Shown: positions 39,470 to 49,942 of the stretch, one piece after another
How the letters are laid out: each line of letters begins with the position of its first letter
How positions within the stretch are numbered: position 1 is the stretch's first letter
Source: Terriglobia bacterium
GTDB taxonomy: Bacteria; Acidobacteriota; Terriglobia; 20CM-2-55-15
NCBI GenBank assembly: GCA_965198225.1
Contig: CBDAOY010000006.1
Coordinates: 544,001 to 608,000 of the forward strand
Direction: 5' to 3'
DNA: 64,000 nucleotides
Translations under genes and position numbers: made by a program
The notes under the pieces: generated by a model
Seen by the model: only the letters and a program-made list of their open reading frames with translations
Databases searched by the model: none
Told to the model about the DNA's origin: nothing

Positions 39470-40789
39470 TCAGAATCGGCGCAGAAAGTTTCCGCTGGCG
39501 CCAGAGAGGCGTGAATTCACGACGCTGTCAAAAATCGAGCCGAAGGTGAAAGTCAGACCGATGCTGAACTGGTAGTCGTAGTTCGTAGCCAGACTTCGCC
39601 GGCGCAGGAGAACCTCCTCCTCAGACGCCCCACGTCGTGGAAGGTAAATCTGGTCGCGGATCAGCGATGCGCCACCACTGACGTCGAGTGACAAGCCCCG
39701 GACGAGGCGGTAGCCGACGGAGCCGAATCCAACTACGCGGTAGTTCCCCGGCTCGTCGATAAAGTGTGACGCTTCCAGTGATGCATCGAGCGTGCCCCAA
39801 GGCTGGCTGGCTCCGGCAAAGAGGTGAAAACGTCCGTCCGGCTTCGTCTCCTGTGTTTTCCCGAAAATGGTGGGTTCCCGGTATCGCAGGGCGCTCATAC
39901 CGACCGCGTAGCTGATCGTCACCTGGCGTCTCGATGACTCGTCGTAAGGATAGATGTTGTATTCGATCGAGGGAGCAAACCGGACTGAATTTCGTTGATT
40001 CGTGAACGTGGATGACACGACGGACCCGCCCACCCCGACGGCCCAGTGGCGTCCGAGGCTCTTGACAACCAACCCGGTCACGGCAGAACGACGAGAGACG
40101 CTGGTAATCATCTCGTCATCGAAATTGAATCGATCCAGGTCATACAGGGCATCCACGCCAACCTGTAGTTTCCAGGCCTCCGTCGTCCGACTTGCCAGTC
40201 CAAAGCCCGACAAAGACCTTGTGCTGCTGGACTCTTCGCCGCTCAAGTCTCCGAAGAAGCCCATCTCAAAAACCCAATAGTTCCACGGGTCCTCGGTTGG
40301 TCTTTCAGCCCTCGAGGGAGAGTCCTCGCCGACAACGAGTTCAACTCTTGACGCATCGGGAGTTCTCGCGATGTACCGTGCGAGACCGAGAACGAGAAGC
40401 CGTGCGTAGGACAGCCGAACTTCGTCCGGTGTTTCTACGGGCGAGGCCACGTGCCGCAGAGCATCGTCAACACCGGAGAAGGCCCCGCGTCCAATGAAGG
40501 TGAGGGTCGTTTCCTCGCCGCCATTGCCCGTTGGTTGAACGCTGAACAGGACGTGGACGTCGGCGACGAACCGGTCACGAACGTAGTCAACGAACGTTAC
40601 CTCCTGGCGGAGATAGTCCGTGTCGCAGCTCGTACAGTCCAGGAAGACTCGAATCGACCGGGCGGCCGGGGTTGGCGCTGACGGCTCCTGTGCGAGTGCC
40701 GCGATATCGAACGCAGCCCAGGTGCCGACGAACAGCCCGAACAGAACCAGGTAGCGGACGGACGAAGGCTTGGCTCGGTAGACGAACAT
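39470..40789 (-). CDS. Putative outer-membrane beta-barrel protein
   Basis: Signal peptide; VFLDCTSC N-terminal domain; alternating beta-strands after DPWNYWVF; C-terminal Phe. Confidence 0.75.
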   Translation of the reverse strand: MFVYRAKPSSVRYLVLFGLFVGTWAAFDIAALAQEPSAPTPAARSIRVFLDCTSCDTDYLRQEVTFVDYVRDRFVADVHVLFSVQPTGNGGEETTLTFIGRGAFSGVDDALRHVASPVETPDEVRLSYARLLVLGLARYIARTPDASRVELVVGEDSPSRAERPTEDPWNYWVFEMGFFGDLSGEESSSTRSLSGFGLASRTTEAWKLQVGVDALYDLDRFNFDDEMITSVSRRSAVTGLVVKSLGRHWAVGVGGSVVSSTFTNQRNSVRFAPSIEYNIYPYDESSRRQVTISYAVGMSALRYREPTIFGKTQETKPDGRFHLFAGASQPWGTLDASLEASHFIDEPGNYRVVGFGSVGYRLVRGLSLDVSGGASLIRDQIYLPRRGASEEEVLLRRRSLATNYDYQFSIGLTFTFGSIFDSVVNSRLSGASGNFLRRF

Positions 40790-40863
40790 GACGTGCAGCC
40801 ATGCCGCCAGGGAAGAACCCAGGGACAGGGTGCAATTCTACTTTCGGGTATGACCGTTCGAAA

Positions 40864-41193
40864 TTATGCGCGGAAGAGTCGTGGACCCTTCCGCGCATGG
40901 CTTTGAGGAATCTGCAAGATGCGGCCTAGTCGTCCCCACGGAGAGGGGGGATTCCGTGACCTCCTCGCCCCTGGTCCTGCCACGGTGATCAGATCGCCGC
41001 CTTGGCGTAAGCACCTCCTCCGTAAACGGTTGACGAGCCGACCACGTACGAAAAAGTCGCCATCATGGCCAGAAAAATGGCAGATTTCAGTCCGACGCGG
41101 AGGGGTATTCAACGGCTTCTGTCCGAAACTAGTCGGCGCTACTGTCGTTAGCGCCAATACCGCAATGATCAAGCTACCAAAAAACATTCTCAT
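40864..41193 (-). CDS. Small secreted hypothetical protein, possibly truncated
   Basis: GGGAGA RBS; signal peptide ending SFG-Q; EICH motif. Confidence 0.4.
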   Translation of the reverse strand: MRMFFGSLIIAVLALTTVAPTSFGQKPLNTPPRRTEICHFSGHDGDFFVRGRLVNRLRRRCLRQGGDLITVAGPGARRSRNPPSPWGRLGRILQIPQSHARKGPRLFRA

Positions 41194-41536
41194 GAGCGTT
41201 CTCCCTTCGTTATTGAGTCTTTCCGTTATTGAGTCTTGGCAGTCGGACGTACAAATAAACAACAGTGCCGCTTTCTTGTCCAGCGTTTTCCTAGGACAAT
41301 GTCCTTCTCATATCGCCTTTTCCCCTACGCGACGACAAGGACACCTCAAGAGAGCTTTGGCGTGACGACGGCCACCCGAAAGCCGGGACTGCCAGCACCA
41401 GTCGCAATCGACGCATAGCTTCTTCAGCGGCAGATAAGTGGGATTTGGAAAACCTGACCTGGAGCCATGGGAGGGGGTTTTCGGCGGTTGGAGCGATTGG
41501 TCAGCGAGACGGAATGATGCCCTAAGGCAGCGATTT

Positions 41537-43765
41537 TCACGGCAGCAGATCGAACTGCTGGACGTACTTGATGATGAACGCGCGGTTGACTGGGCCCAGG
41601 CCGTTCATGCTCTCCGTATCGTTGTAGACGACGAACAGTCCCGTGCCCGCCGTCCACAACCAGTGGAACCGCAGGTTGGTAGACAAGCGCTGGGTCCGGT
41701 CGTTGTACTGAATCAGGGTCTGCGCGAAGATCGACGGCGTAAAGTTGTACGTCAACCGCATTCTGCCCAGATTCGTCCGGAACGAGCCCGCCGGTAGATC
41801 GATGGAGCGGTAGTTCCAGGTCGCATCCAGCGCGAACGTGCCACCCTGCCGAACGATCGTCTGGAATATATGGCTGTTCTGATTGCCGTCGAGGAACCGG
41901 CCGACATCCCACTGATGGCGTCCGAACAGCCACTTCCTCCGGTCGGTGTTTGAGCGCAACGTGAAGCGCAAGCCCCCGTGCTCGCCCGGTGGAACGACGA
42001 TGTCCGGGAAGATTTCGAACGGCTCCTCCAGCCCTTCCCATGTCCCGTTGACTGCGGTGCTGATGTAATAGCCGTTCTCCCAGTCCCAATGATTGTCGAC
42101 GTGGAGATCTGCGCTCTGCATGCCCCCGCCGTCCAGGTAGTCGTAGCGCGTGTAGTTGATGTGGGGCAGGAACTCCCGAAATCCCCAGCTCCGGATCTTC
42201 TCCTGGCGCATCGTCTCCTGAATGCGGAAGTACCAGCGTTTGTACCCGAGCGTGTTCTGGAGAAAGCCGACCTCTGGGTTGAAATCTTCGCCGGTAATGC
42301 CGTAATCGAAGTCGAGCCGGGTCTTTCCATCGTCGTACTGCGAAGTCATGTTCCATGCATACTCGCGTCCGGTCAGCCCCGGTGTTTCCGTTTTCGCCGC
42401 AACCGCCCCGATGGACACCTGTTCGGCAATGCCGAGCCTTCCGTCGAGCCCCCACGTACGGTTCCAGTCGTCGGGTCCGGCGAATCGGCCGGTCGCGCTG
42501 CGGTTGACGAAAATCGCCCCGAGGCCGGAGCGGTTCGGCAGTTCGCGGCTCACGCGTAACGTCGTGAAGTTGTCTCCCGGGTCTGGCCCGACGTCGTCGG
42601 TCTGAATGTTCAGAAATCCGATGTTGTAGTTACCGGCTTTGCCGCTGAGACGGGCGCCGCCTTTGATCGGCACGAGGCTGCCGCTCTCATCGAGCCCGAT
42701 GCGCCGGCTGAAGAACAGGTCGACGTCACCGCTTCCGCCGAATCCCCCACCGCTGGCGCCCACCGCAAAGAGCTGCGAGTTCTCGAGGAAGAACGGTCGT
42801 CGTTCCGGGAATCGAATATTGAAGCGCGTGAGGTTGATCTGCTGGGTGTCGACCTCGACCTGGGCAAAATCGGTGTTGTAGGTCAAGTCCAGGTTCAGGC
42901 CTCCGGTAATACTGATCTTCGAATCGATTCCCCACGCGCTGTCATAATCGGTCTCGGCGTTCGGCGCGAAATTGCGGTTGGCGGATGCGACCACGTACGG
43001 CAACACCTTGATGCTCCTGGGTGACGGCAGTTCCAGCCCACGCAACTCTCCCGCGGACGACAGGCGTGACAGGTTGAATTGGCGTGGCAGGGGAGCCCAG
43101 TAGGTCCTCTCCCGCCGCCTCTGGATGTTGCGCATGAAGTTCACGCCCCAAACTTGAGGGGGCGGCCCGTAGCGAAGCGTACTCAGCGGGATGCGGAACT
43201 CCGCCGTCCACACGCCCTCGCCAAGTCGGGTCATGACGTCCCAACTTCCGTGCCAGCTCGAGCTCAGATTCCCTTGATTCCGGACCTGAGCGTCATGCTG
43301 AATTCCAGAAGCGGTCGTGCCAAACGCAAATCCGTTCTGCTGGTCCAGAAACGTGTCGAAAACGATCTGAAAGGAGTCCTGGTTCCCCAGGCCGGCATCG
43401 CGGCTCGTGTCGGTGATCACGATCAGCGACGTGTCGGAGTCATGGAGCCACACGCCGACGTAGATCGCCGTGTCGTCATAAAGAAGACGGACCTCGGTCT
43501 CCTCGCTGGCGGGCGCGCCTTCGAGCGGCTCGGCCTGGACGAAGCCAGTCAGAGGCGGGGCGTACTGCCACATTTCCTCGTCGAGTTGCCCATCGATGAC
43601 CGGCGCTTCAACCACCTGGGTGGCGTTGGCGACAGGCCGCGGAATCGCAGCAATGCCGCCGCCGTCGGGTGCGACCACCTCCTGCGGCAGGGCATTCCCC
43701 ACTATTGAGAAAGGTAGGACAATGGCCCAGACGAGCGCGGCGCGCTTGACAGATCGCGAATCCAT
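41537..43765 (-). CDS. DUF5916 / CBM9-like outer-membrane protein
   Basis: IDGQLDE, TYNTDFAQVEVD, FPERRPFFLE, LFFSRRIG. Confidence 0.88.
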   Translation of the reverse strand: MDSRSVKRAALVWAIVLPFSIVGNALPQEVVAPDGGGIAAIPRPVANATQVVEAPVIDGQLDEEMWQYAPPLTGFVQAEPLEGAPASEETEVRLLYDDTAIYVGVWLHDSDTSLIVITDTSRDAGLGNQDSFQIVFDTFLDQQNGFAFGTTASGIQHDAQVRNQGNLSSSWHGSWDVMTRLGEGVWTAEFRIPLSTLRYGPPPQVWGVNFMRNIQRRRERTYWAPLPRQFNLSRLSSAGELRGLELPSPRSIKVLPYVVASANRNFAPNAETDYDSAWGIDSKISITGGLNLDLTYNTDFAQVEVDTQQINLTRFNIRFPERRPFFLENSQLFAVGASGGGFGGSGDVDLFFSRRIGLDESGSLVPIKGGARLSGKAGNYNIGFLNIQTDDVGPDPGDNFTTLRVSRELPNRSGLGAIFVNRSATGRFAGPDDWNRTWGLDGRLGIAEQVSIGAVAAKTETPGLTGREYAWNMTSQYDDGKTRLDFDYGITGEDFNPEVGFLQNTLGYKRWYFRIQETMRQEKIRSWGFREFLPHINYTRYDYLDGGGMQSADLHVDNHWDWENGYYISTAVNGTWEGLEEPFEIFPDIVVPPGEHGGLRFTLRSNTDRRKWLFGRHQWDVGRFLDGNQNSHIFQTIVRQGGTFALDATWNYRSIDLPAGSFRTNLGRMRLTYNFTPSIFAQTLIQYNDRTQRLSTNLRFHWLWTAGTGLFVVYNDTESMNGLGPVNRAFIIKYVQQFDLLP

Positions 43766-43874
43766 CGCGCTACTGTAAAGAGGACCCGTTTCGGAGTCAA
43801 CTCACCCGTCGCGCGGTGAGGTGACGACCAAACCCGGGAGGTCTCGATGTCCAGAACTGACAGGGACTACTTGT

Positions 43875-44249
43875 CTACTCGGGACGGACGGTCAGCGTTT
43901 CGTCAACACTGATGCGTTTGGGTGCATTCGGATCCGGGCCGGAGTAGTTGGCGACGATCTCGAAGCCCGAATCGCTGGTCTCGGCAGAGTAGGTAAAGTT
44001 GGGGCGAGGGTCAGGGATGACGTCACCGTTCGCGCGCAGTTCATCCAGTGAGGCGTACTTCCCGTTTGTGGCAAAGTACGTGCGTTGAGCGTTGGCGATT
44101 GCGATCAGGTCCATTCGCACGCCGGTCACGTCGACGGAGGTTGTCGGTGCGGCGCCCCCCGGCGTGACGTCGCCGGCCTGCTTTGAGTAAAGATACCCGC
44201 CGATTGCCACTGCAACAATCAATGAGATGAAGCCAATGCCGCGTCCCAT
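43875..44249 (-). CDS. Pilin/pseudopilin-like small protein
   Basis: N-terminal TM helix; DLIAIANAQRTYFATNGKYASLDEL resembles a pilin head helix; no canonical GFTLxE motif. Confidence 0.55.
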   Translation of the reverse strand: MGRGIGFISLIVAVAIGGYLYSKQAGDVTPGGAAPTTSVDVTGVRMDLIAIANAQRTYFATNGKYASLDELRANGDVIPDPRPNFTYSAETSDSGFEIVANYSGPDPNAPKRISVDETLTVRPE

Positions 44250-44367
44250 GCCTCGGAGTGTAACTCGGGGCCAGCCCGTCAACCATCTTTTCGCCCAGAG
44301 CGGTGGGTGGGCCGGCCTGACGGTTTGGATGATGGACAGCGGGGTCTTGGGGTGCTATACGGAACAA

Positions 44368-44952
44368 ATGGGGAGTTCAGAGGCCAGAAAACTCATGCGG
44401 AGCGCCTGGGCGACGCGTCGGTCTTCGTTTGGCAGGTCGGCCGAGAAGAAATTGAAGCTGATCACGAAAGCGCGCGACGACCTGGTCAAAGCGGTCGCGT
44501 TGTGCCGTGAGGGCGCCGATCCCGTCGAGCTTGCGAAGGCCCTGCATCTGCTCGCCAACCTGGAGCACGACATGCGCAGGGATGGCCCCGCCCTGACGTT
44601 GTGGCTCGAAGCGGTTGCGATTCTGCGAGAGGCCGACAATCCGCTGCAACTGGCCCACAAGGTTCGACACATCGGCGATCTGCACCGGCACTGCGGGAGA
44701 CTCGATGACGCGGATGTCTGCTATGAAGAGGCTGTCGCCCTCTATCGGAGTCACGACAAGCCCGGGAGTCTGGACTACCCAAACGCGATTCGCCCGCTGG
44801 CAATCCTGAAGGAACAACTGGGCGACCGAAAGCAGGCGCTGGCACTCTGGCTAGAGGCGAGAGAGCTCTACGCGGGGGTCGAGGGGCTGGACCTTCAGCC
44901 TGCGCTGGATGAGTGTGACCAGCATGTAACGCGGCTGGAGGCGGCGTCCTAG
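44368..44952 (+). CDS. Tetratricopeptide-repeat protein
   Basis: Repeated helical pairs (LAKALHLLANL, LAHKVRHIGDL, YEEAVALYR, ALALWLEA). Confidence 0.75.
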   Translation: MGSSEARKLMRSAWATRRSSFGRSAEKKLKLITKARDDLVKAVALCREGADPVELAKALHLLANLEHDMRRDGPALTLWLEAVAILREADNPLQLAHKVRHIGDLHRHCGRLDDADVCYEEAVALYRSHDKPGSLDYPNAIRPLAILKEQLGDRKQALALWLEARELYAGVEGLDLQPALDECDQHVTRLEAAS

Positions 44953-45119
44953 TTTGGAGTCTCTTTGTCGCGGCGGCGGCCGCAGCCGCGACGACGATAC
45001 CGACACCGACTCACGCCATCAGGGGAACGAACCCCAGGGCGCAGCATGAGGGCAAGACACATAGTGCTTATCTGCGCCCTGGGTCCTCTGGATACCGGTC
45101 TTCCGAGCGCTTCCGGCTC

Positions 45120-45839
45120 TCAGCCTCTCTGCGGTGGCGCGGGAAGAGACGGCGTCGAGAAGGTCATGGCGGTAATCGCCTTGATGCTCCGGGCGCCGTA
45201 CCGGAACGGAACGATGACGCGAAGAGGCGCGCCGTGCCGGGAAGGAATCGGCTCGTCGTTCATCATCCACGCGAGCATCACCTGCGGGTGCGTCAGCGTT
45301 TCCAGTGAGTCGTCAGCGTAGCGCCCGTCGGATCCCACGATACGGCAATAGTGCACCCCGGGTAGCAGACCCAGCATGTCGACAAAGTCGGAGAAACGCA
45401 CCCCGGTCCATTTCACGATTCCGCGTGGGTTCGGTGCTCCACACTGCAGGAGAAAAGTCTTGGAAACACGCGGCAGCGGTTCAAGGTCCGAAAACCGCAG
45501 CGTTCCACCGAGTCTGGCCATGCCACGGGTATCGACCCGGATTGCCATCCGCCGGTAGTCGAACTCGACTTCTGGTGCCTGGCGGTCCGGGGTACGCCAC
45601 ATCAGCGGATCGGTAATGGGACCCGCCTCGCTTTCATCGTGCTCCGGCGCTGAACCGTCCGGGTTGAGTGGAAGCGGCGCCGGGAAGCCGTCCCGCATTG
45701 GTCGTTCCACCAGTCGGTCCGGCCAGTCTTCCTGCCGCGCAGCCTGAGCCGCCAGGGCTCCGGGCTTGACTACGCCCAAGGACAATCCTGCCAGCGTCGA
45801 GCCTGAAATAGCGATCGCCTTACGTCGTGAGATTGCCAT
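45120..45839 (-). CDS. Tat-exported molybdopterin oxidoreductase (sulfite oxidase/MsrP-like)
   Basis: ISRRKAI Tat motif; LQCG, WTGVRF, HGAPLRVIVPFRYGARSIK. Confidence 0.82.
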   Translation of the reverse strand: MAISRRKAIAISGSTLAGLSLGVVKPGALAAQAARQEDWPDRLVERPMRDGFPAPLPLNPDGSAPEHDESEAGPITDPLMWRTPDRQAPEVEFDYRRMAIRVDTRGMARLGGTLRFSDLEPLPRVSKTFLLQCGAPNPRGIVKWTGVRFSDFVDMLGLLPGVHYCRIVGSDGRYADDSLETLTHPQVMLAWMMNDEPIPSRHGAPLRVIVPFRYGARSIKAITAMTFSTPSLPAPPQRG

Positions 45840-46203
45840 CCCTAAACCTCCTTCCTTTGATAGAGCGGATTGTCTCACAGTTACAGCCACGCGGAAGGAA
45901 TTCCCTGGACAACGAGCAGGAACCCCGGGGAAGTCCACTGTCACTTTTCCGTATGGCTTCACGGGCATGTGACAGTGCACTCTTAGCGCTGGACCGATTT
46001 GATGGACATAGATGCTCGGATCGGTCAGCATAACGCGTAGACTTAGTCGTCCATGAAAGAGCCGGTTTCCATCGGATCACAGTCAACTGCGACGGCGTTG
46101 CCGGGCAGCAGAATCACGTGGTTCGAGTTGCCACGAAGTTCTGCCTAATACTAGTTTGGCCGACGGTTGATGTTAAGGACGCCGATATCAAGATTGAAGT
46201 AAC

Positions 46204-47403
46204 GTGAACGTACGTCACAGATCTCGAATCTTCCGGCATGGTTCGCTCCATGTGGAGACAGGTCCCCCCGAGAAGGCCGAGCAGAAACAGCAGTCGTCGA
46301 CAAACAATCGGCCAACCTCCTGGACGAAGCGACTGGTCGGCGTCATCGCCCTGGGGTTCCTGACCGTACTTTATGGGGGTTGCGCGGATTCTCCCTCCGA
46401 AAGGGACCGCGCCGGGACTGTGACGGACGGTGAGTCCGGCGGCGCGACGTTACTCCCCGAAATGGAAGTCCCCCCAGACAATCCGCTGACTCTCGAAAAG
46501 GTCAGGCTCGGTAAGCAGCTCTTCTTCGACAAGCGGTTGTCGGCTACAGGCGAGATGTCCTGCGAAAGTTGTCATCTGCCTGAAATGGGCTGGACCGACG
46601 GGAAGCAATTCTCCGTCACCGCCGGCGGATCCGTGAACAGCCGTCACACCCCGACCCTCTATAACGCAGGCTATTATCGGGAGTGGTATTGGGACGGTCG
46701 TGCCCCGACCCTGGAGGCACAGATTCTGGCCGCCTGGAGGTCTCAGATGGGGGCGGCACCGGAAGAAATCGCAGCGCGGATCGCCGAGATCCCAGGCTAC
46801 CGGGATCAATTCCGCCTCCACATGGGAACCCCGGTCGAAGCGGACTCGATCGTGAAAGCGCTGGCGACGTTCGTCCGGACGATTGTGTCGGACGATTCAC
46901 CCTGGGACCGTTACGAGCTTGGTGACCTAAACGCCGTATCTCCCGAAGCCGTGATGGGCTTCAAGGTCTTTAGTGAAAGCGACAAAGCGAACTGCACCCT
47001 GTGTCACCTTCCGCCCCTCTACACCGATACCCTGTATCACAACATCGGCGTCGGGTTCGACCAACGTGAAGCGGACCTCGGCCGGGGAGGGTTCCTTGCC
47101 CGCTCCCTGGCGGAACAGACAGTCGAAGCGGAGACCCTCCGCGGGGCCTTCAAGACGCCCACAGTCCGAAGCATCACCGAAACGGCGCCTTACTTTCACG
47201 ATGGCAGCGCTCGTACGCTGGAGGAAGCCGTCGACTTCGTTCTCGGAGGGGGGCACCCCAACCCGTATCTGGATGAGAAGCTGCAACCCCGAGACCTGAC
47301 AACCCAGGAAAGGGATGCTCTGATGGAGTTCCTGCGAGCCCTCACCCCACAGGAAGAGGAGTTCGAGCGGCCCATCCTGCCACAGCCGACGGGTGGATCC
47401 TGA
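46204..47403 (+). CDS. Di-heme cytochrome c peroxidase family (CCP/MauG-like)
   Basis: LGKQLFFDKRLS, CESCH, WDGRA, CTLCH, FKTPTVR, PYFHDGS; start uncertain. Confidence 0.88.
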   Translation: MNVRHRSRIFRHGSLHVETGPPEKAEQKQQSSTNNRPTSWTKRLVGVIALGFLTVLYGGCADSPSERDRAGTVTDGESGGATLLPEMEVPPDNPLTLEKVRLGKQLFFDKRLSATGEMSCESCHLPEMGWTDGKQFSVTAGGSVNSRHTPTLYNAGYYREWYWDGRAPTLEAQILAAWRSQMGAAPEEIAARIAEIPGYRDQFRLHMGTPVEADSIVKALATFVRTIVSDDSPWDRYELGDLNAVSPEAVMGFKVFSESDKANCTLCHLPPLYTDTLYHNIGVGFDQREADLGRGGFLARSLAEQTVEAETLRGAFKTPTVRSITETAPYFHDGSARTLEEAVDFVLGGGHPNPYLDEKLQPRDLTTQERDALMEFLRALTPQEEEFERPILPQPTGGS

Positions 47404-47555
47404 TCCGGACGTAGAGAAACCGTGGATCTGCATTGATCACCGCTCACAATCTAAGTTTAGTAACGGCAAGTCGCCTAGTTCCCTCGGCGCGAGACTCAAC
47501 TTCACGGAAGCGGACTCCCGGCTAAATCTGTCGGTGCGGGCCGGAACTCCATCAC

Positions 47556-49798
47556 TCAGAATCGCAGGAAGCGTGTGAACTTCACCGCGATGCCACGGTT
47601 GAGCAACTGCGGGAACCCGCGGCCTGCAGTGTCGCGACCGTCGGTGTAAACAACGAATAAATCGCTGCCCGGCTGGTACTCCCAGCGCCAGCGCACGTTG
47701 GTCTCGAGTGAGCGTGTTGCCGAGTTGTACTGCACCAACGCGCTAACGAACATCCTCGGCGTTATCGTAAACGTCGGCCGTGCGCCGAGCAGAGTGACCC
47801 TGAACGATCCCTGCGGCAGGTCGACCCAGTCGAGGGAGATTCTCGGCTCGACGGCGAACTGGGCGCTGAGGTTTGCCCGACCGGAGTAGCCGATCTGGGT
47901 GCGATTGCCGGTAAAGAAACCGCCTCGACCGACGTTCAGTGTCCCGCTCACGCTGCGTTGGGGACCAAGCTGGTAGCTTGCGGAAACTTCCTGGAACCGG
48001 TGCCCTCCGACGGGCACGGCCACGCCGCGGGCGACTTCGAACGGCACAGAGAGGAATTCGTAATTGCGCGAGTATTCGAAAGACAGCACGTCGCTGTTTT
48101 CGAAATCAATCCCGAAGCTGCCGGTTACCCGTTCGGTCTCGAGCACTTCGGCGCTGTTGACGAAGCGATCGAGTGTCCCCTCCCAATTCAACCGGCGGAC
48201 GCCGCGAATGGAACTCGGTCGAGGACTGAAACGGCCCAGCGCGAACGTACGACGGAAGTCCTGACGGCGCAGGAAACCGACTTCGGGGTTGAAGGCGTCC
48301 CCGACCTTGAGACGCTCCACCTCGAAGCCGTAGCGATCCGCATCGTACTGGAACTGCCCGCGATAACTTTCCGTGTCGCCGGAGAGCCCGGTCGTGTCCG
48401 AGCGAGCGTAGTAGCCGTTGATCCGCAGGTTTTCGTAGAACGCCATGTTCGCGTCCACCCCGTAGACCCGATTGGAGCCGCTCCCCGGAGTGGAGGGGCT
48501 TCGATTCGTTAGAATCATCCCGATATTGCTTCTTCGAAGCACGTCCCGCTTGACCCGAACGACGGAGAAATTGGTCGCCACGGCATCCGCTTCCGGTGCG
48601 TCCTCGGTCTGGATGTTCAGCACTCCCATCGATAGCCGCCCCACGCGGCCCATCAGGCGGCCGCCTACCTGAATCGGGACCGGCCTGCCTGCGTTCAGGC
48701 CGATGCGGCGACTGAAGAATAGAATCGGGGTTTCGCCGGGCCCCCCTCCCCGACGCGCTCCGGATCCAGCGAAGTCGAAGATGCCCTGTCCTTCCAGGAA
48801 GAAGTCGCGTTTCTCGGGAAAGAACAGGCTGAATCGCGTGAGGTTTACCTGCTGTTCGTCTATCTCCACCTGCGCGAAATCGGTGTTGTAGGTGAAATCA
48901 AAGGTGACATTGCTCGTGACGCCGCGTCCAGCCCGAACGCCGCGTCCCCATCGTTGGAGATCCCCGCCGGCCGGTCGGTTGTCAGAGTCGAAATGGCGTA
49001 CGGCTTGATCTCGACATTGCGAGAATTCTCCGGGGGATCGATGCCGACCAGCGTCGCGGCGGATGCGAGCCTGAAGATTCCCTGTCCCCCATAGGAGCGC
49101 GGCACCGGCGATAGGAGCGTCTCCTCGTTCTTCGACCGGACCACGCGCAGGACGTTGAAGCCCCATACCTGGGATCGTGTCGGTCTGTATCGCAGAGACT
49201 TGAAGGGGATCGCCATCTCCGCGGTCCAGCCGCTCTCGGATCGACGGCTCCGGACATCCCATACGGTGTTCCAGTCGTAGTTCGTCGTGGTTTCGTCGAC
49301 GATCAGCGCGTCACGGACGCCGCCGATCGGGTTGGTCTGGAAGAAATAGGCGCTCCTCCTATCGAAGAACGTGTCCAGGGCAACGATCACGTTGTCGTTG
49401 AGCCAGATGTTTCGGTTGTCGCGCCTCATCTCGTTGGCGACCATCTGATAGGGCCGGCTGTCCCAACAGCGGAAGGCGACGTACACGTGGCGGGTGTCGA
49501 AGAACACCCACACCTCCGTATCTTCAGTGGCCGGCTCGCCACTCCGCGGATTCTGCTGAACGAACCCTCCGACGGCCGGTACGGTGCCGTAAATGTTCTC
49601 GTCAAGCGCACCATCGAGCACCAGCGGCTCTTCGAGACGAACGGCGCGAATCGTGATCCGGCCATCCTCGCTGCGCGTTACCGTGGCCGGTGGTACGGGT
49701 GCCGGGGGACCATCGAAAGATACAGTTTCGCCTGTCTGGGCGGCCGCCGGCGCAGCAGTCAGCGCCAGCAACACGCACGCCAAAACAGCGATCGACAT
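47556..49798 (-). pseudogene. DUF5916 / CBM9-like protein, frameshifted near 48925
   Basis: N-half (MSIAVLAC...FGLDA) and C-half (GVTSNVTFDFTYNTDFAQVE...FLRF*) are in different frames; the KY of GLDxKYGVT is missing. Confidence 0.85.
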
Positions 49799-49942
49799 TT
49801 GTGAGGATCCCACGCTATGAGTTTCGCGTGCGTCCAGTGGAAGGTAAATCACGCAGAAATAGCAAAGCACCAGGCAGGAGACGGAGTCAAGACCCCCCGA
49901 CCCCCATCGGGACTCTTGAGGGAGTTTCGGATAGTTGGGACG

